Of a stretch of DNA of 64,000 nt, positions 9,708-19,809 are shown one piece after another (position 1 is the first letter of the stretch; every line of letters begins with the position of its first letter). The translations under genes were made by a program, and so were the position numbers. The DNA comes from Dehalobacter sp. DCM. GTDB lineage: Bacteria > Bacillota > Desulfitobacteriia > Desulfitobacteriales > Syntrophobotulaceae. Under the pieces are notes generated by a model, which was given only the letters and a program-made list of their open reading frames with translations, had not been told where the DNA came from and made no database searches. The DNA is taken from assembly GCF_024972775.1 (NCBI RefSeq), contig NZ_CP092282.1:3747525-3811524 (forward strand), in the 5' to 3' direction.

Positions 9708-10766
9708 TCATTGCGATATTTTTGGCAGATTCAACAATTTCACCTGCTCGACTTGTTTCATGATGATTGGAGCCTTGTCTGCATTTTGGGCATCGATCAG
9801 AACCAAGGGCGCTTCGCCGTCGCCGAGAATACTGGTGTTTTTCTTATACGCCAGAATAATCTTTTCGTTATAAGACACATCTTGAGATGTATACTCCAGG
9901 ATTTTCCCGTCTTTGGTGATGACCTGAACCGTATAGCCGGAGCGTACAATATCGCGATTCACCGAATAATGCCCGTCGACTTTTTCTCCGCCGTCCACAA
10001 CCGCGACCATCATCCACAGACCCAAGCCCTCATAAACATCCGCCCCGCCATTACTCTTGGGGATTTCAATGGTCTGAACAGGATGCGGTGTTTCGGTGCA
10101 ACTGGCGGCACTTTCATAGGTCGCCCTGTCAATTGTTTTCTCTTCATAACCACTAAGTTTTATCATCCAATCAGCCACGCCTGCTTTGATATTAATGGTA
10201 TCCACCATTTTCACCCAGAGATGGCCGTCACTGATCGGATTGTCCTGGCCAACATAACATAAACGCGGCATCCCTTCACCCACCTCCGGGTCGCTGCAGG
10301 TGATACCCACGATGGCATCTAATTGCCGAACGGTGCCGTTTTTACCGTCTTCCTGGTAGGTCATGATATTCCCGGTAGCTTGCATATAGTCCAAGGTCAT
10401 GGTGTAGCCGTCGGAAGCAACAAATTCAAACGCATCCGATGGTGCCAATTCGATTCCGGCTGCTTTAAAGACGTCGGATAGTTTCGGTCCGCTGATTTCA
10501 GCCGGGCCGACCAACGCACCCGTTGATTTTTTGAATGTTGCAGTTCCTTTAAACTGAGTCAGGCTCTTCAGATCCACCGTCTTCGCGTTGCCGTTGGTGT
10601 CAACGATTTTTATGGTTGTACTTTGCGCTGTCTGGCCCTGATCGGAATTGCCTGCTGTTGCTGTTTGGTCCGTGCCTTTGCTGCACCCAGCGAAAGCAAG
10701 CACCATAATCAGAAGACCTGTTAACATAAACCGGATCCAGCCCCTGAAATTCTTTTCTTTTTTCAT
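9708..10766 (-). CDS. lipoprotein with two tandem YedY-like beta-domains
   Basis: Signal peptide plus lipobox AFAGC. Two repeats: GPKLSDVFKAAGIEL...ASDGYTMTLDY and a second ...SGYEEKTIDRATYESA... copy. Confidence 0.6.
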   Translation of the reverse strand: MKKEKNFRGWIRFMLTGLLIMVLAFAGCSKGTDQTATAGNSDQGQTAQSTTIKIVDTNGNAKTVDLKSLTQFKGTATFKKSTGALVGPAEISGPKLSDVFKAAGIELAPSDAFEFVASDGYTMTLDYMQATGNIMTYQEDGKNGTVRQLDAIVGITCSDPEVGEGMPRLCYVGQDNPISDGHLWVKMVDTINIKAGVADWMIKLSGYEEKTIDRATYESAASCTETPHPVQTIEIPKSNGGADVYEGLGLWMMVAVVDGGEKVDGHYSVNRDIVRSGYTVQVITKDGKILEYTSQDVSYNEKIILAYKKNTSILGDGEAPLVLIDAQNADKAPIIMKQVEQVKLLNLPKISQ

Positions 10767-11041
10767 TTTTCTCCCCCTTAGTTATGTAAATATATCAATC
10801 CTTCTGCAAGGATTGTTCATTAGCATCATGGTTCAAACTACTATCAATCACTCAGATTACTACAATTAATAAACTGATCAATACAACAACAACCTGATCA
10901 ATCCTACTTCAATTATTTTGTGATTAAACAAACTTATTTAATTCTAATAATAACAAATTCTATTATGTTTTCATACCTTTTTCTACCACTGGTTTAAGGA
11001 AAGTTGGTATAATGAAGAGGATTGGAGGTTGACTTGAATTC

Positions 11042-11560
11042 ATGCATATCTTTCTTACCGGTGAAATCCAAGTAGGAAAAAGCACAGTAATAACAAAGAC
11101 ACTTTCGCTGCTAAACATAACCCCAGGAGGGTTCAAAACTTACTTTGGGCCTGACAGAGGGGCAAAAAGCAGGCTGCTCTATATGAATGCCGCGGACAAA
11201 CCACCCGTTTATCATGAAGGAAATGCCATAGCCCGTATGGTTCGGGAAGAAAAACCGGTCATTCTGTTGGAGAAATTTGACGTTTACGGCGCGGAATTAC
11301 TCCGTTCGTCCATGTCCAATGCCCGTTTGATTTTAATGGATGAATGCGGAAATCTGGAGAAGTCTGCCCATATCTTTCAACGTGAAATATTTCGGTGCCT
11401 GGACGGGGATATTCCGGTTTTCGGTGTCGTTAAACAGGACAGTTATGGCTGGACAGACGGTATAAGAAACCATCCCAAGGTCTGTCTGTATACCGTGACA
11501 AAAGAGAATCGTGACTCGCTGCCTTTATTGCTTGCTGAGCAATTTGCGAATTCTATTTAA
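11042..11560 (+). CDS. P-loop NTPase, THEP1-like
   Basis: MHIFLTGEIQVGKSTV Walker A at the extreme N-terminus and LILMDECGNLE Walker B; the 172-aa size is typical. Confidence 0.6.
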   Translation: MHIFLTGEIQVGKSTVITKTLSLLNITPGGFKTYFGPDRGAKSRLLYMNAADKPPVYHEGNAIARMVREEKPVILLEKFDVYGAELLRSSMSNARLILMDECGNLEKSAHIFQREIFRCLDGDIPVFGVVKQDSYGWTDGIRNHPKVCLYTVTKENRDSLPLLLAEQFANSI

Positions 11561-11603
11561 TGTAATGATAAAGCAAATGATTTGGAGCAAACGTTTTTTA
11601 AAT

Positions 11604-13532
11604 ATGACGGATAAAAAAACAAACATAACCCTCGTCATGCTTGTTTATCTGGCAGGCGTTTTTATCGGCGCGCTTGATACCGGAATTGTTACACCCGCCA
11701 GAACGATTATTCAAAATAACCTGTTTGTTGAAGAAAAACTGGGGATTTGGCTGATCACACTCTATACGCTGGCCTATGCCGCAAGCATTCCACTTATGGG
11801 CAAGTTGGCGGATCTATTCGGCCGTAAGGTTGTTTACCTCACCAGTATCTTCATATTCGGCTTGGGTTCCTTATTTTGCGGTTTGGCCCAGGGGTTGGGC
11901 AGTTTTACCGTATTGCTCTTAGCACGCGTTATCCAGGCTATCGGCGGCGGGGGAATTATTCCGCTGGCGACGGCCGAATTTGGGACCTCCATTCCGCTGG
12001 AAAAACGCGGCTTAGCGCTGGGACTTGTCGGCGGGGTTTACGGAATCGCCAACATCCTGGGGGCTTCAGCCGGCAGTGCGATTCTCAGCAGCTTCGGCCC
12101 GGACAACTGGCCATTAATTTTTTATATTAACTTGCCGATTACGGCTTTGATCCTGATTATCGGGGTTATCTGCCTGCCCAATACCAAGCCTGCGGGAGCA
12201 AAAAACATCGATATCTTGGGGATTTCGATTTTAACACTCATGATTCTGGCACTTCTATATGGTTTAAAGAATATCGATTTTCTGCATTTCACAACTTCGG
12301 CGCAACGGTTTTCGGTCTATCCGTTTTTGACCGTTTTTATTTTACTCTTGCCTCTGTTTATTTGGACGGAAAAGAAAGCCGCGGATCCGATACTTAATAT
12401 TTCTTATTTTTCGAATAGGAAAATTGCCATCACCTTTACGCTGGCCTTTATTACCGGCTTTTTGATGATGGGAATGATCTTTGTACCGCAATTTTCCGAA
12501 AATGCACTGAAGATGGCTCCGGGCACCGGCGGTTACTTTGTTATTATTCTTGGCTTATTTGCAGGCATTGGCGCTCCCGTCTCCGGTAAATTGATCGATC
12601 ATTATGGTCCGAGGGTAATTCTTGCCTGCGGGTTTGTACTCTCCATTGCCGGATCTCTTTTTTTAGTTTTCGCCACGGCGAATCACCCCAGTCTGTGGCG
12701 TGTCATTCTCTGTCTGGTTCTCATGGGTTTAGGAACAGGCTTCACAATGGGAACACCATTAAATTATATGATGCTGGAAAATACCACAAAAAACGATGCC
12801 AACTCCGCTCTCGCCGCTCTCTCGCTGGTGCGTACCATCGGCACAACCATCGCTCCCGCAATTATGGTCGCCTTTCTCGCGCAAGCCGGCTTGAACGTTC
12901 AAGCCAACGTCAGAGACCTGCTGCCTCGGGAAATTACTTTACCACCGTTGCCCTATGCTACGGAGTTAACAACAACCATTGACCGTTTGAGAAGTGACCC
13001 CTCAACCAAACGGTATGTCGCTACGGTCTACATGCCGGACCTGTCTTTCCTGCAAACAATTGATATGGATATGAGCAGTGACAGTCCAATTGCTATTCCC
13101 GCCGACGTGTTAGATCGGCTGAAAGCTTCGGACGTAACCACCATCACTGCCAACTGTAAACGTGTTGCCCGCAGCCTGTTCTTCCAAACAACGCCCGAAC
13201 TGGTTGATCGGATTGAGCACGGGATGCAGATTGGCATTGAGGAATTGAATATAAGCATTGCGGAAATCAATCAAAGCCCCACAACGGAATTGACAATTTC
13301 CGTCAGGAACACGCTGCAGGACACCATCGACAAAATGATTGTCCTGCGGCAAGCCATTCCCGGTGCATTTAACGCGGCGGGCGATAATTATTTGTCGTTG
13401 ATAGACCAAAACAAAGGAAGGATTGAACAGGAGTATCAAAGGTTAATGATGATTGGATTTAAGCGTCTCTACCTTTCGGTTTCCATTGCTTCCTTATTAG
13501 GGCTGATTTTTCTGGCCTTTTATCGGAATTAG
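11604..13532 (+). CDS. MFS transporter (DHA2-like, 14 TMS) with ~200-aa extramembrane insertion before the last TM
   Basis: MFS signature (GKLADLFGRKVVYLTSIFIFGLGSLFCGLAQ) plus a hydrophilic ~200-residue block near the C-terminus. The ATG at 11604 (MTDKKTN) is the likely start; the track ORF 11511 overlaps the upstream gene. Confidence 0.8.
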   Translation: MTDKKTNITLVMLVYLAGVFIGALDTGIVTPARTIIQNNLFVEEKLGIWLITLYTLAYAASIPLMGKLADLFGRKVVYLTSIFIFGLGSLFCGLAQGLGSFTVLLLARVIQAIGGGGIIPLATAEFGTSIPLEKRGLALGLVGGVYGIANILGASAGSAILSSFGPDNWPLIFYINLPITALILIIGVICLPNTKPAGAKNIDILGISILTLMILALLYGLKNIDFLHFTTSAQRFSVYPFLTVFILLLPLFIWTEKKAADPILNISYFSNRKIAITFTLAFITGFLMMGMIFVPQFSENALKMAPGTGGYFVIILGLFAGIGAPVSGKLIDHYGPRVILACGFVLSIAGSLFLVFATANHPSLWRVILCLVLMGLGTGFTMGTPLNYMMLENTTKNDANSALAALSLVRTIGTTIAPAIMVAFLAQAGLNVQANVRDLLPREITLPPLPYATELTTTIDRLRSDPSTKRYVATVYMPDLSFLQTIDMDMSSDSPIAIPADVLDRLKASDVTTITANCKRVARSLFFQTTPELVDRIEHGMQIGIEELNISIAEINQSPTTELTISVRNTLQDTIDKMIVLRQAIPGAFNAAGDNYLSLIDQNKGRIEQEYQRLMMIGFKRLYLSVSIASLLGLIFLAFYRN

Positions 13533-13553
13533 AAAAAAGACGTTGCCTTTTCT

Positions 13554-14432
13554 TTATTTCAGGGTGCACATGAATGAATTCTCAGTCCAACGCCTGTACA
13601 GGCAATTAAAGCAGCTTCGAGCGTTATCGTTTATATCTACTGTTTCTTCCGGCACATCCGCTTTATACTTCGGGCAGGCTTCTATACTTGCCCGATCATC
13701 TCCAAACTGTCTCATTTCATTTTTAGCCAGGGTCACCCATTCATTTTGGGAATTAAGTGCTACCAGAAGGACCGGCTTGCCATCATGTAAAACCGGTTTG
13801 GCTTTCCATTTGATTTGTACGTTTTTATCAGGATCTAACGACTGCATATCTATGGTACAAACAGCAAAAATAAGTTCTTCCTGCAGGAGCTGCTCTACGG
13901 TGTAGCTCTCCCCTTTGATTAAGGTCTCAATCCCGCCTTTGACTTCGCCGTCATTGCCGTTTAAGCGTAAGCCCACACCGGCTAAGGCCCCAATGATGCC
14001 TTCACCACTGCCGCCTTTCTCCTCAAGAAACACACCGGTCTCACTGGCAATCTTGTACGCCTGATCTTTGCTTAACACTTCCCATTTAGCCCGAAAACCG
14101 AATTCTATTAGAGCGCGCGGGTTTTTTATGGTTTCCAGAGCGGCGATACAGATGCCGGGGTCGGAGTCAGGAACGCTTTCAGCTCCAAGATAATCAGCCA
14201 GAGTTCCTTTCAGCTGGTCAAAGTATCGATCTCCAATTTCCGCATCAAAACACATCGAGCTATTATGAGACGTATAGGGTACATCCGGATGGAGAATAAG
14301 CTGGTGCCTAGAAATAATTCCGCATTTTCCCCAGCCATTTTGTTCGATAATCCCCGTCATTTCGGAGGCAATCGAACCGGTGCCTTTGGATTCCAGATTA
14401 TCGGTATCGTCAATACATATAAGCAATTTCAT
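13554..14432 (-). CDS. hypothetical protein (N-terminal ICIDDTD..KGTG motif faintly reminiscent of the TiaS/DUF1743 kinase-like domain)
   Basis: 292-aa soluble protein with a Gly-rich middle (GGSGEGIIGALAGVGLRLNG). The family assignment is a guess from the N-terminal motif only. Confidence 0.4.
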   Translation of the reverse strand: MKLLICIDDTDNLESKGTGSIASEMTGIIEQNGWGKCGIISRHQLILHPDVPYTSHNSSMCFDAEIGDRYFDQLKGTLADYLGAESVPDSDPGICIAALETIKNPRALIEFGFRAKWEVLSKDQAYKIASETGVFLEEKGGSGEGIIGALAGVGLRLNGNDGEVKGGIETLIKGESYTVEQLLQEELIFAVCTIDMQSLDPDKNVQIKWKAKPVLHDGKPVLLVALNSQNEWVTLAKNEMRQFGDDRASIEACPKYKADVPEETVDINDNARSCFNCLYRRWTENSFMCTLK

Positions 14433-14442
14433 AATTATCCCC

Positions 14443-15627
14443 TTATTTTCCCGTTCCGCCCGCCAGGTTGGAACTACCTTTAATGTCCTTATATTCCCTG
14501 CCCTCCAAAATCTTGGTTACCTGGGCATCAGACAGTTCATAATGAAAATAGTTTTTATAGAAGTCTTTGGTTTCCGTGCAGATATCAATATCGGCAAACA
14601 AATCAGGATATATGGTTTTAGCTATCCACAGCATGGCTAGCGGGCTTTCAATCGAAGTAGGATGCCCCCACCGAGAAACACCCAGTGGCATCAGGTAAAT
14701 GTGCTTTTCTTTATAGGCTTTGAGATTATGGAGCTGGGTGCTTTTATTGATATAATCCAACACGTCGCCGCCGTTGATGAGAATATACTCGGGGTTGGCT
14801 TCCAGCAATTCCTCAAGGGCAATATAGTGTTTATCAATGCTTAGTTGGGTAGTTTTAGCTCCTTGCGGACCCTGAAAAGCAATGTTCTTTACACCACACT
14901 TGTCTAAAATATCTGCGGAAAGGGTATTAACCGCATCGGTTCTCAGCAGCTCGTTAATGGCATGATAGACTGTTTTCTTCTCACTGTCGGGTATATCTTT
15001 GATCCGGGAATTCACCAGTTCAACCACTGACTGATAATACTTATTGTAGTCCGCTGCTTCTTTCTCCCTGTCGGCAATAGTGCCAAGCATTTCCATAGTC
15101 TTCTTCTGCTGCTCGATATTGTCATAGGCAATAGTAACCACCGGTATACCCAGGTTCGTCAGTTTCTTAACAGTCGCTTCGTCCGTAGTGACTTCAGGAT
15201 TTGCGATCAACACCTCCGGCCTAGGCTGTTTAACAACTTCTTCAATATTCAGGACATTATTGCCTTTGACAATTCTGGCTTTGGAAATTTGGGGATATAT
15301 CTGACAGAATAAATAATCTCTGGTGTTTCCATCAGGAATCGTTACGATCTTATCAACATCGCCATATATAGCGAAGATATGCGTAGCGACTGCAAAAAGA
15401 CTGCCGATATAAGCTGGGTTCTGCTTCACTTTCACTTTGTTGCCATAATAGTCCGTAACAATGATATATCCTTGTTCCGGCGTCAGATCATTCGATTTAG
15501 CGGCTCCTTCCACAGGTGCTTTTGATTGAGAACATCCGGTCAATGAGGCTGATACCAAAAACAAAAAGGCGAGTAATAGTGCTGCAATTTTTCTATTTAT
15601 ACGTTTCTTGTTTGTGTTCGTGCTCAT
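14443..15627 (-). CDS. ABC transporter substrate-binding lipoprotein, class III (Fe-siderophore/haem/cobalamin type)
   Basis: Lipobox LTGCSQ and a FecB/BtuF-like fold pattern. The start at MSTNTN (15627) follows AGGAGG. Confidence 0.8.
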   Translation of the reverse strand: MSTNTNKKRINRKIAALLLAFLFLVSASLTGCSQSKAPVEGAAKSNDLTPEQGYIIVTDYYGNKVKVKQNPAYIGSLFAVATHIFAIYGDVDKIVTIPDGNTRDYLFCQIYPQISKARIVKGNNVLNIEEVVKQPRPEVLIANPEVTTDEATVKKLTNLGIPVVTIAYDNIEQQKKTMEMLGTIADREKEAADYNKYYQSVVELVNSRIKDIPDSEKKTVYHAINELLRTDAVNTLSADILDKCGVKNIAFQGPQGAKTTQLSIDKHYIALEELLEANPEYILINGGDVLDYINKSTQLHNLKAYKEKHIYLMPLGVSRWGHPTSIESPLAMLWIAKTIYPDLFADIDICTETKDFYKNYFHYELSDAQVTKILEGREYKDIKGSSNLAGGTGK

Positions 15628-16444
15628 TCCATTCCCCTCCTGCGCAGAAATCGATAGGAACAACAAAATTAAGTACCTTGTCCCCTTCACTATCTCTAAA
15701 ATTTTTAGTCCTAATTTTAAAAATCTTAGCCATGTTTTCCTGGTTTAACACTTCCGACGGAATGCCTAACGCTTCAAATGCTCCATTTTCCATCAGCGCA
15801 ACCCTGGTTGGGAGGCCTAAGCTTTCAAAAAAATAAGCATGATTGGGGAAGTGGGTAGCCATAATCACCGAAATGTTTTTTTCTTTGGTGATCTTAGCGA
15901 TATATCTGATCACATTGAGTTCATGGCGAAAGTCCAGATGGGAAGTCGGCTCATCAAAAATAATCAGCTCGGCATTTTGGGCAATAGCCCTGGCAATTTT
16001 CACAAGCTGGGCTTCTCCGCCGCTCAATTTGGTATAAACACGGTCTCTGAAATTATACATACCGACGCTGTCCAGCGCGTTTTTTGCAATCGCAAGATCC
16101 TCCGGACCAGGAGATGAAAACATGCCTGTATAGGCAGTCCTGCCCATTAAAACGATTTCCAGCACGGTATAGGGAAACGTCCGGTCGCTCTTCTGGGATA
16201 CGTAAGCAATCTTTTGCGCTTTCTGGGGCGGGGACATCGCTGTAAGGTTCCGGCCGTCAATGGTTATGTTTCCTTCCTCCGGTTTGTTCAGCCCAAGTAT
16301 ACAGTCGAGCATGGTTGTTTTACCACAGCCGTTTGGACCAAAGACACAAAAAACCTCACCTTGTTCCACAGTGAAATTAATTCCGTTCAGAATTTTCTTA
16401 TCATGATAGCGAAAGTGAAGATTTTCAACCTGTAAAGTATCCAT
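15593..16444 (-). CDS. ABC transporter ATP-binding protein (FecE/BtuD type)
   Basis: Walker A GPNGCGKTT, signature LSGGEAQLV and Walker B IIFDEPTSHLD. Confidence 0.85.
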   Translation of the reverse strand: MDTLQVENLHFRYHDKKILNGINFTVEQGEVFCVFGPNGCGKTTMLDCILGLNKPEEGNITIDGRNLTAMSPPQKAQKIAYVSQKSDRTFPYTVLEIVLMGRTAYTGMFSSPGPEDLAIAKNALDSVGMYNFRDRVYTKLSGGEAQLVKIARAIAQNAELIIFDEPTSHLDFRHELNVIRYIAKITKEKNISVIMATHFPNHAYFFESLGLPTRVALMENGAFEALGIPSEVLNQENMAKIFKIRTKNFRDSEGDKVLNFVVPIDFCAGGEWNEHEHKQETYK

Positions 16445-17466
16445 TACCAGCTGCCGCCTCCCTTAGTCCTTTTTAGTATAAGGATAAAAAACGGCCCACC
16501 GATCAAAGCGGTCAATACACCCAGAGGGATCTCAGTGCTTACTATGCTGCGGGCTATTAGATCGACAATTAATAGGAAACAGCCGCCTGCCGAAATACAG
16601 ACAGGCAGTAAAACGCGGTTATCATTACCTACCAGCATTCTAACGATATGGGGAATAATCAATCCGACCCAGCCAATGGTACCGCTGACGCAGACTGCTC
16701 CGGCCGTGGCAATTGCTGTGCAAATAATGATAATTGCCCGGCATATTCCCGTATTCACACCCAAAGTACTTGCTTCTTTATCCCCTAAAGAAAGGACATT
16801 GATCCTCCAGCGAATCAGGACAATTCCTGCCACCCCGATGATAATCGGTATAAGGGCAAAGGACATATCGCTAAAATTAGCCCTCGCCAGGCTGCCCATG
16901 AGCCAAAAAGTAATAGTAGGCAGCTGCTCCATCGGATCGGCCACGAACTTCATAAAAGATATTAAGGCGCTAAAGATCGCCGATATGACCACGCCGCCCA
17001 AAACAAGGGTCACGGTTGGGGCAGAATCATAGATTTTTCCTGCAAAGTAACTCAAAAGCACTGCCAGGATTCCAAAGCAGAAGGCTAAAACATAGGTCAT
17101 ATAAAAGTTATGAAAGATGATAATTCCCAGGCAGGCACCAAAACCCGAACCAGCACTGACCCCGAGCATACCGGAGTCAACCAGCGGGTTCCGAAACATT
17201 CCCTGCAGAGCGCCCCCGCTGATGGAGAGTGCTCCGCCGACGATAAAAGCCAACAACGCCCTAGGCAGCCTGATATCATATATTAATGAATATTCTATAG
17301 CGCGGTCTAAATCTGAATTCCAATTCTGCCCTTGAATTAATATCGACAGTATATCGCTGAAACTCAGATCATACCTGCCGACAAACAGAGAAAACAGAAT
17401 TAAAACCACCGGCAGGACGAAACAAGCGATAGCCAGAATTCTTTTCTGATAGTTCTTACTTAACAT
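16444..17466 (-). CDS. FecCD-family ABC permease
   Basis: About 340-aa polytopic core typical of iron-chelate/B12 permeases. The track ORF extends to 17619; M52 is the probable start. Confidence 0.8.
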   Translation of the reverse strand: MLSKNYQKRILAIACFVLPVVLILFSLFVGRYDLSFSDILSILIQGQNWNSDLDRAIEYSLIYDIRLPRALLAFIVGGALSISGGALQGMFRNPLVDSGMLGVSAGSGFGACLGIIIFHNFYMTYVLAFCFGILAVLLSYFAGKIYDSAPTVTLVLGGVVISAIFSALISFMKFVADPMEQLPTITFWLMGSLARANFSDMSFALIPIIIGVAGIVLIRWRINVLSLGDKEASTLGVNTGICRAIIIICTAIATAGAVCVSGTIGWVGLIIPHIVRMLVGNDNRVLLPVCISAGGCFLLIVDLIARSIVSTEIPLGVLTALIGGPFFILILKRTKGGGSW

Positions 17467-18052
17467 TTTTGTTCCGATGATTGATATAGAGAATAATTGC
17501 CGCTGCAATAATGACAATAGCACCAACGCCAACAATCCACCACACCAATGGATTATTGCCTGCCGGCGCAGAACTGCCGCTTGCTTGGGGGGAAGCACCA
17601 GCTTGTGTAGATGGGACATAGCCCTTTGTGGAGAAAGTATATGTTACTTCTTTCCCCAGCTTCTCACCGCTTTTTGATGTAACATCCGGACTTATAGTAA
17701 TGGTATATTGTTCAGCATCCTTGAGCTCAATAGGTTTAATTACAATGTCATTCCGTTTATCCCTTTCAAGCTGGTCGTCATACGTGATAACTTCAATGGT
17801 AACCGGCTGACCTTTAGAATCAGTCATGGAGAAACAATTTTTATTGTTTTCTGCTACCGTTATATTCGCAATGTTTTTGCTAAAAACAAATTTAATTTCC
17901 TTATTTAGCGGCACATCCTTTTCCCCGTCTGTTATTGTAGCTGAGGAAATCTCTAACGGTGTTTTCTCTTCACCTGCAGCCAGAATCGCCAAAGGAGACA
18001 TAACCAATAATAAGGTCATAATAAAAAAAATAACGATTGAATTTTTGTTCAT
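17456..18052 (-). CDS. secreted Ig-like (SbsA/Big-type) domain protein with C-terminal TM anchor
   Basis: Signal peptide, a beta-rich ~110-aa domain, a Ser/Ala/Gly/Pro linker and a terminal TM plus basic tail. Co-oriented with the ABC importer. Confidence 0.5.
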   Translation of the reverse strand: MNKNSIVIFFIMTLLLVMSPLAILAAGEEKTPLEISSATITDGEKDVPLNKEIKFVFSKNIANITVAENNKNCFSMTDSKGQPVTIEVITYDDQLERDKRNDIVIKPIELKDAEQYTITISPDVTSKSGEKLGKEVTYTFSTKGYVPSTQAGASPQASGSSAPAGNNPLVWWIVGVGAIVIIAAAIILYINHRNKNVK

Positions 18053-18215
18053 TCTCTTTCACCCTTTTTTTGTGTTATTTATAGCTAGAGCGAGGTTGCT
18101 ATTTATTTAGTTTTAATCATATATGTTTGATTTATTATAATTTAGTATTATTATAATTGAATATAGTTATGATAGCATATGACTGTTTGACCAACAAGAG
18201 GTTACGAGAGAAAGG

Positions 18216-18992
18216 TTATTCCAATAAAATATCCAGCATCTTCTTCGGGTTATTTAAGAAGGAGCGCGTGATTTGATAGTGCTCTGTCTCTTCATAGCCT
18301 ACCTGTTCAATTCCGTCTCGAATCTGATAGATCAAAGCATCCGGGTAGGCCATGATGATCGGGGAATGTGTGGCAATGATAAACTGAGACCCTTCGTTGA
18401 TCAGTTCATGCATTCTTGTCAGCAGTGACATCTGCCGCGAAGGGGATAACGCCGCCTCCGGTTCATCGAGTATATAGATACTCTCCCGAGAAAACCTATT
18501 TTGAAAGACCGCGAAAAAAGACTCGCCGTGGGACTGTTCATGCAACGACCTTCCGCCATAGGCATCCTCCAGCATTAAATCTTCCACATTGGACGCAAAG
18601 TTATAAAAGCTCTCCGCTCTGAAGAAAAAACCATCTCTGGGTTTTTTGGCTCCTTTGACAATTTTAATATAGTGATTCAAGTCGGAATGCGTCACTCTGG
18701 AAGCGAAATTGAAATTCTTTGTTCCGCCTTCCGCATTAAACCCGAACGCCACCGCGATCGATTCTAAAATGGTTGATTTTCCTGAACCGTTCTCTCCGAC
18801 GATGAAGGTGACTTTGGGGTGGAAAGACAATCGGTCTAAGTTTTTGATGGCAGGTAAATCAAAGGGGTATTCTGTAAAGGACGGAACCTGCTCCCGGTCT
18901 AATTCAATATAGCGTATGTATTGGGTAAGGTTGTCGCTTTCGCTTTGTGGCAGTAATTTCATCAGCCCAAGCGCGTTTTTCATTTTTTTCAT
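18216..18992 (-). CDS. AAA_21/ABC-type ATPase
   Basis: Walker A GENGSGKST, Q-loop, Walker B YILDEPEAALSP and H-loop IIATHSP. There is no transmembrane partner. Confidence 0.75.
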   Translation of the reverse strand: MKKMKNALGLMKLLPQSESDNLTQYIRYIELDREQVPSFTEYPFDLPAIKNLDRLSFHPKVTFIVGENGSGKSTILESIAVAFGFNAEGGTKNFNFASRVTHSDLNHYIKIVKGAKKPRDGFFFRAESFYNFASNVEDLMLEDAYGGRSLHEQSHGESFFAVFQNRFSRESIYILDEPEAALSPSRQMSLLTRMHELINEGSQFIIATHSPIIMAYPDALIYQIRDGIEQVGYEETEHYQITRSFLNNPKKMLDILLE

Positions 18993-19262
18993 AATTCATG
19001 CCTCGATAATCATTTCATTGATCTTCACTTCCAGATTTTTGATGAGAGCGTTTTCCTTTGCTTTATACTGTGTGAGCTTTTGCAGTGACAACGAAGACTG
19101 ACTGGTATGCTCGAGTTTGTATACATCTTCATTTTCATTATATAATATTTAAAATTATTTTTACCTATTTGGTCTAAAAATAAAGAGCCATCCGGCTCAT
19201 TATTTTTACAAAATTAGCTGTATTTTTTTTCGCTCCACGTCATGACATCTTTCATACATTAA

Positions 19263-19451
19263 TTACAACTGAACATGCTCCAAAAAGACAATATCATACG
19301 TCGTTTCATCAAGATAGAATCGAAAGCGTTCTGTGCTGTTCTTCCGAAATCTAGCTGTATCTTCCTCGCCAATCATTTCCCGAATGGCTTGCCAGACCAT
19401 TAGCTCACCTTTTTTAATTCGTTCACCTTTTTTCTCGAACACATATTGCAT
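19263..19451 (-). CDS. small hypothetical protein (62 aa)
   Basis: ORF-track ORF only; no recognisable motif. Confidence 0.25.
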   Translation of the reverse strand: MQYVFEKKGERIKKGELMVWQAIREMIGEEDTARFRKNSTERFRFYLDETTYDIVFLEHVQL

Positions 19452-19563
19452 GGATTTTCAGTGCGAATACGCCGAATTATTTACAGCAGCCGCAATTACG
19501 AATGGCTATTAAACTAAATTTCTCAATTCAGTTTTTATAAAAGTAATTCACATCCTCGCAAGC

Positions 19564-19809
19564 TCAATCTACTATTGCTTGACGCCGTGATAACGATGAG
19601 TAATTCATCAACCAATAAACAACCATACCGATGATTGGCAGTGAAAATGCAATGCCCAGCCAAAGTAAAGGGGATATTTCTAAAGCGGTTTGTGATAAAC
19701 TTTTCGCGTCCCTATAGACAATGACGGTTAGCGCAATATGTGTAATAATTAAAATCAGGGCCCAAATAATCTGAATCAATACTGTTAAACCAAATATCGG
19801 TGTCATCAT
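19564..19809 (-). CDS. small membrane protein with PLD-nuclease N-terminal-like (PLDc_N) domain
   Basis: Two TM helices with the W..LI....P..G..VYW motif. Confidence 0.5.
   Translation of the reverse strand: MMTPIFGLTVLIQIIWALILIITHIALTVIVYRDAKSLSQTALEISPLLWLGIAFSLPIIGMVVYWLMNYSSLSRRQAIVD

Noticed and set aside
10767-11041. Search for a cobalamin or other riboswitch in the ECF operon leader, and in 18053-18215
   Set aside because: No B12-box (GCCACTG) or other recognisable riboswitch core was seen by eye; only the short palindrome reported above.
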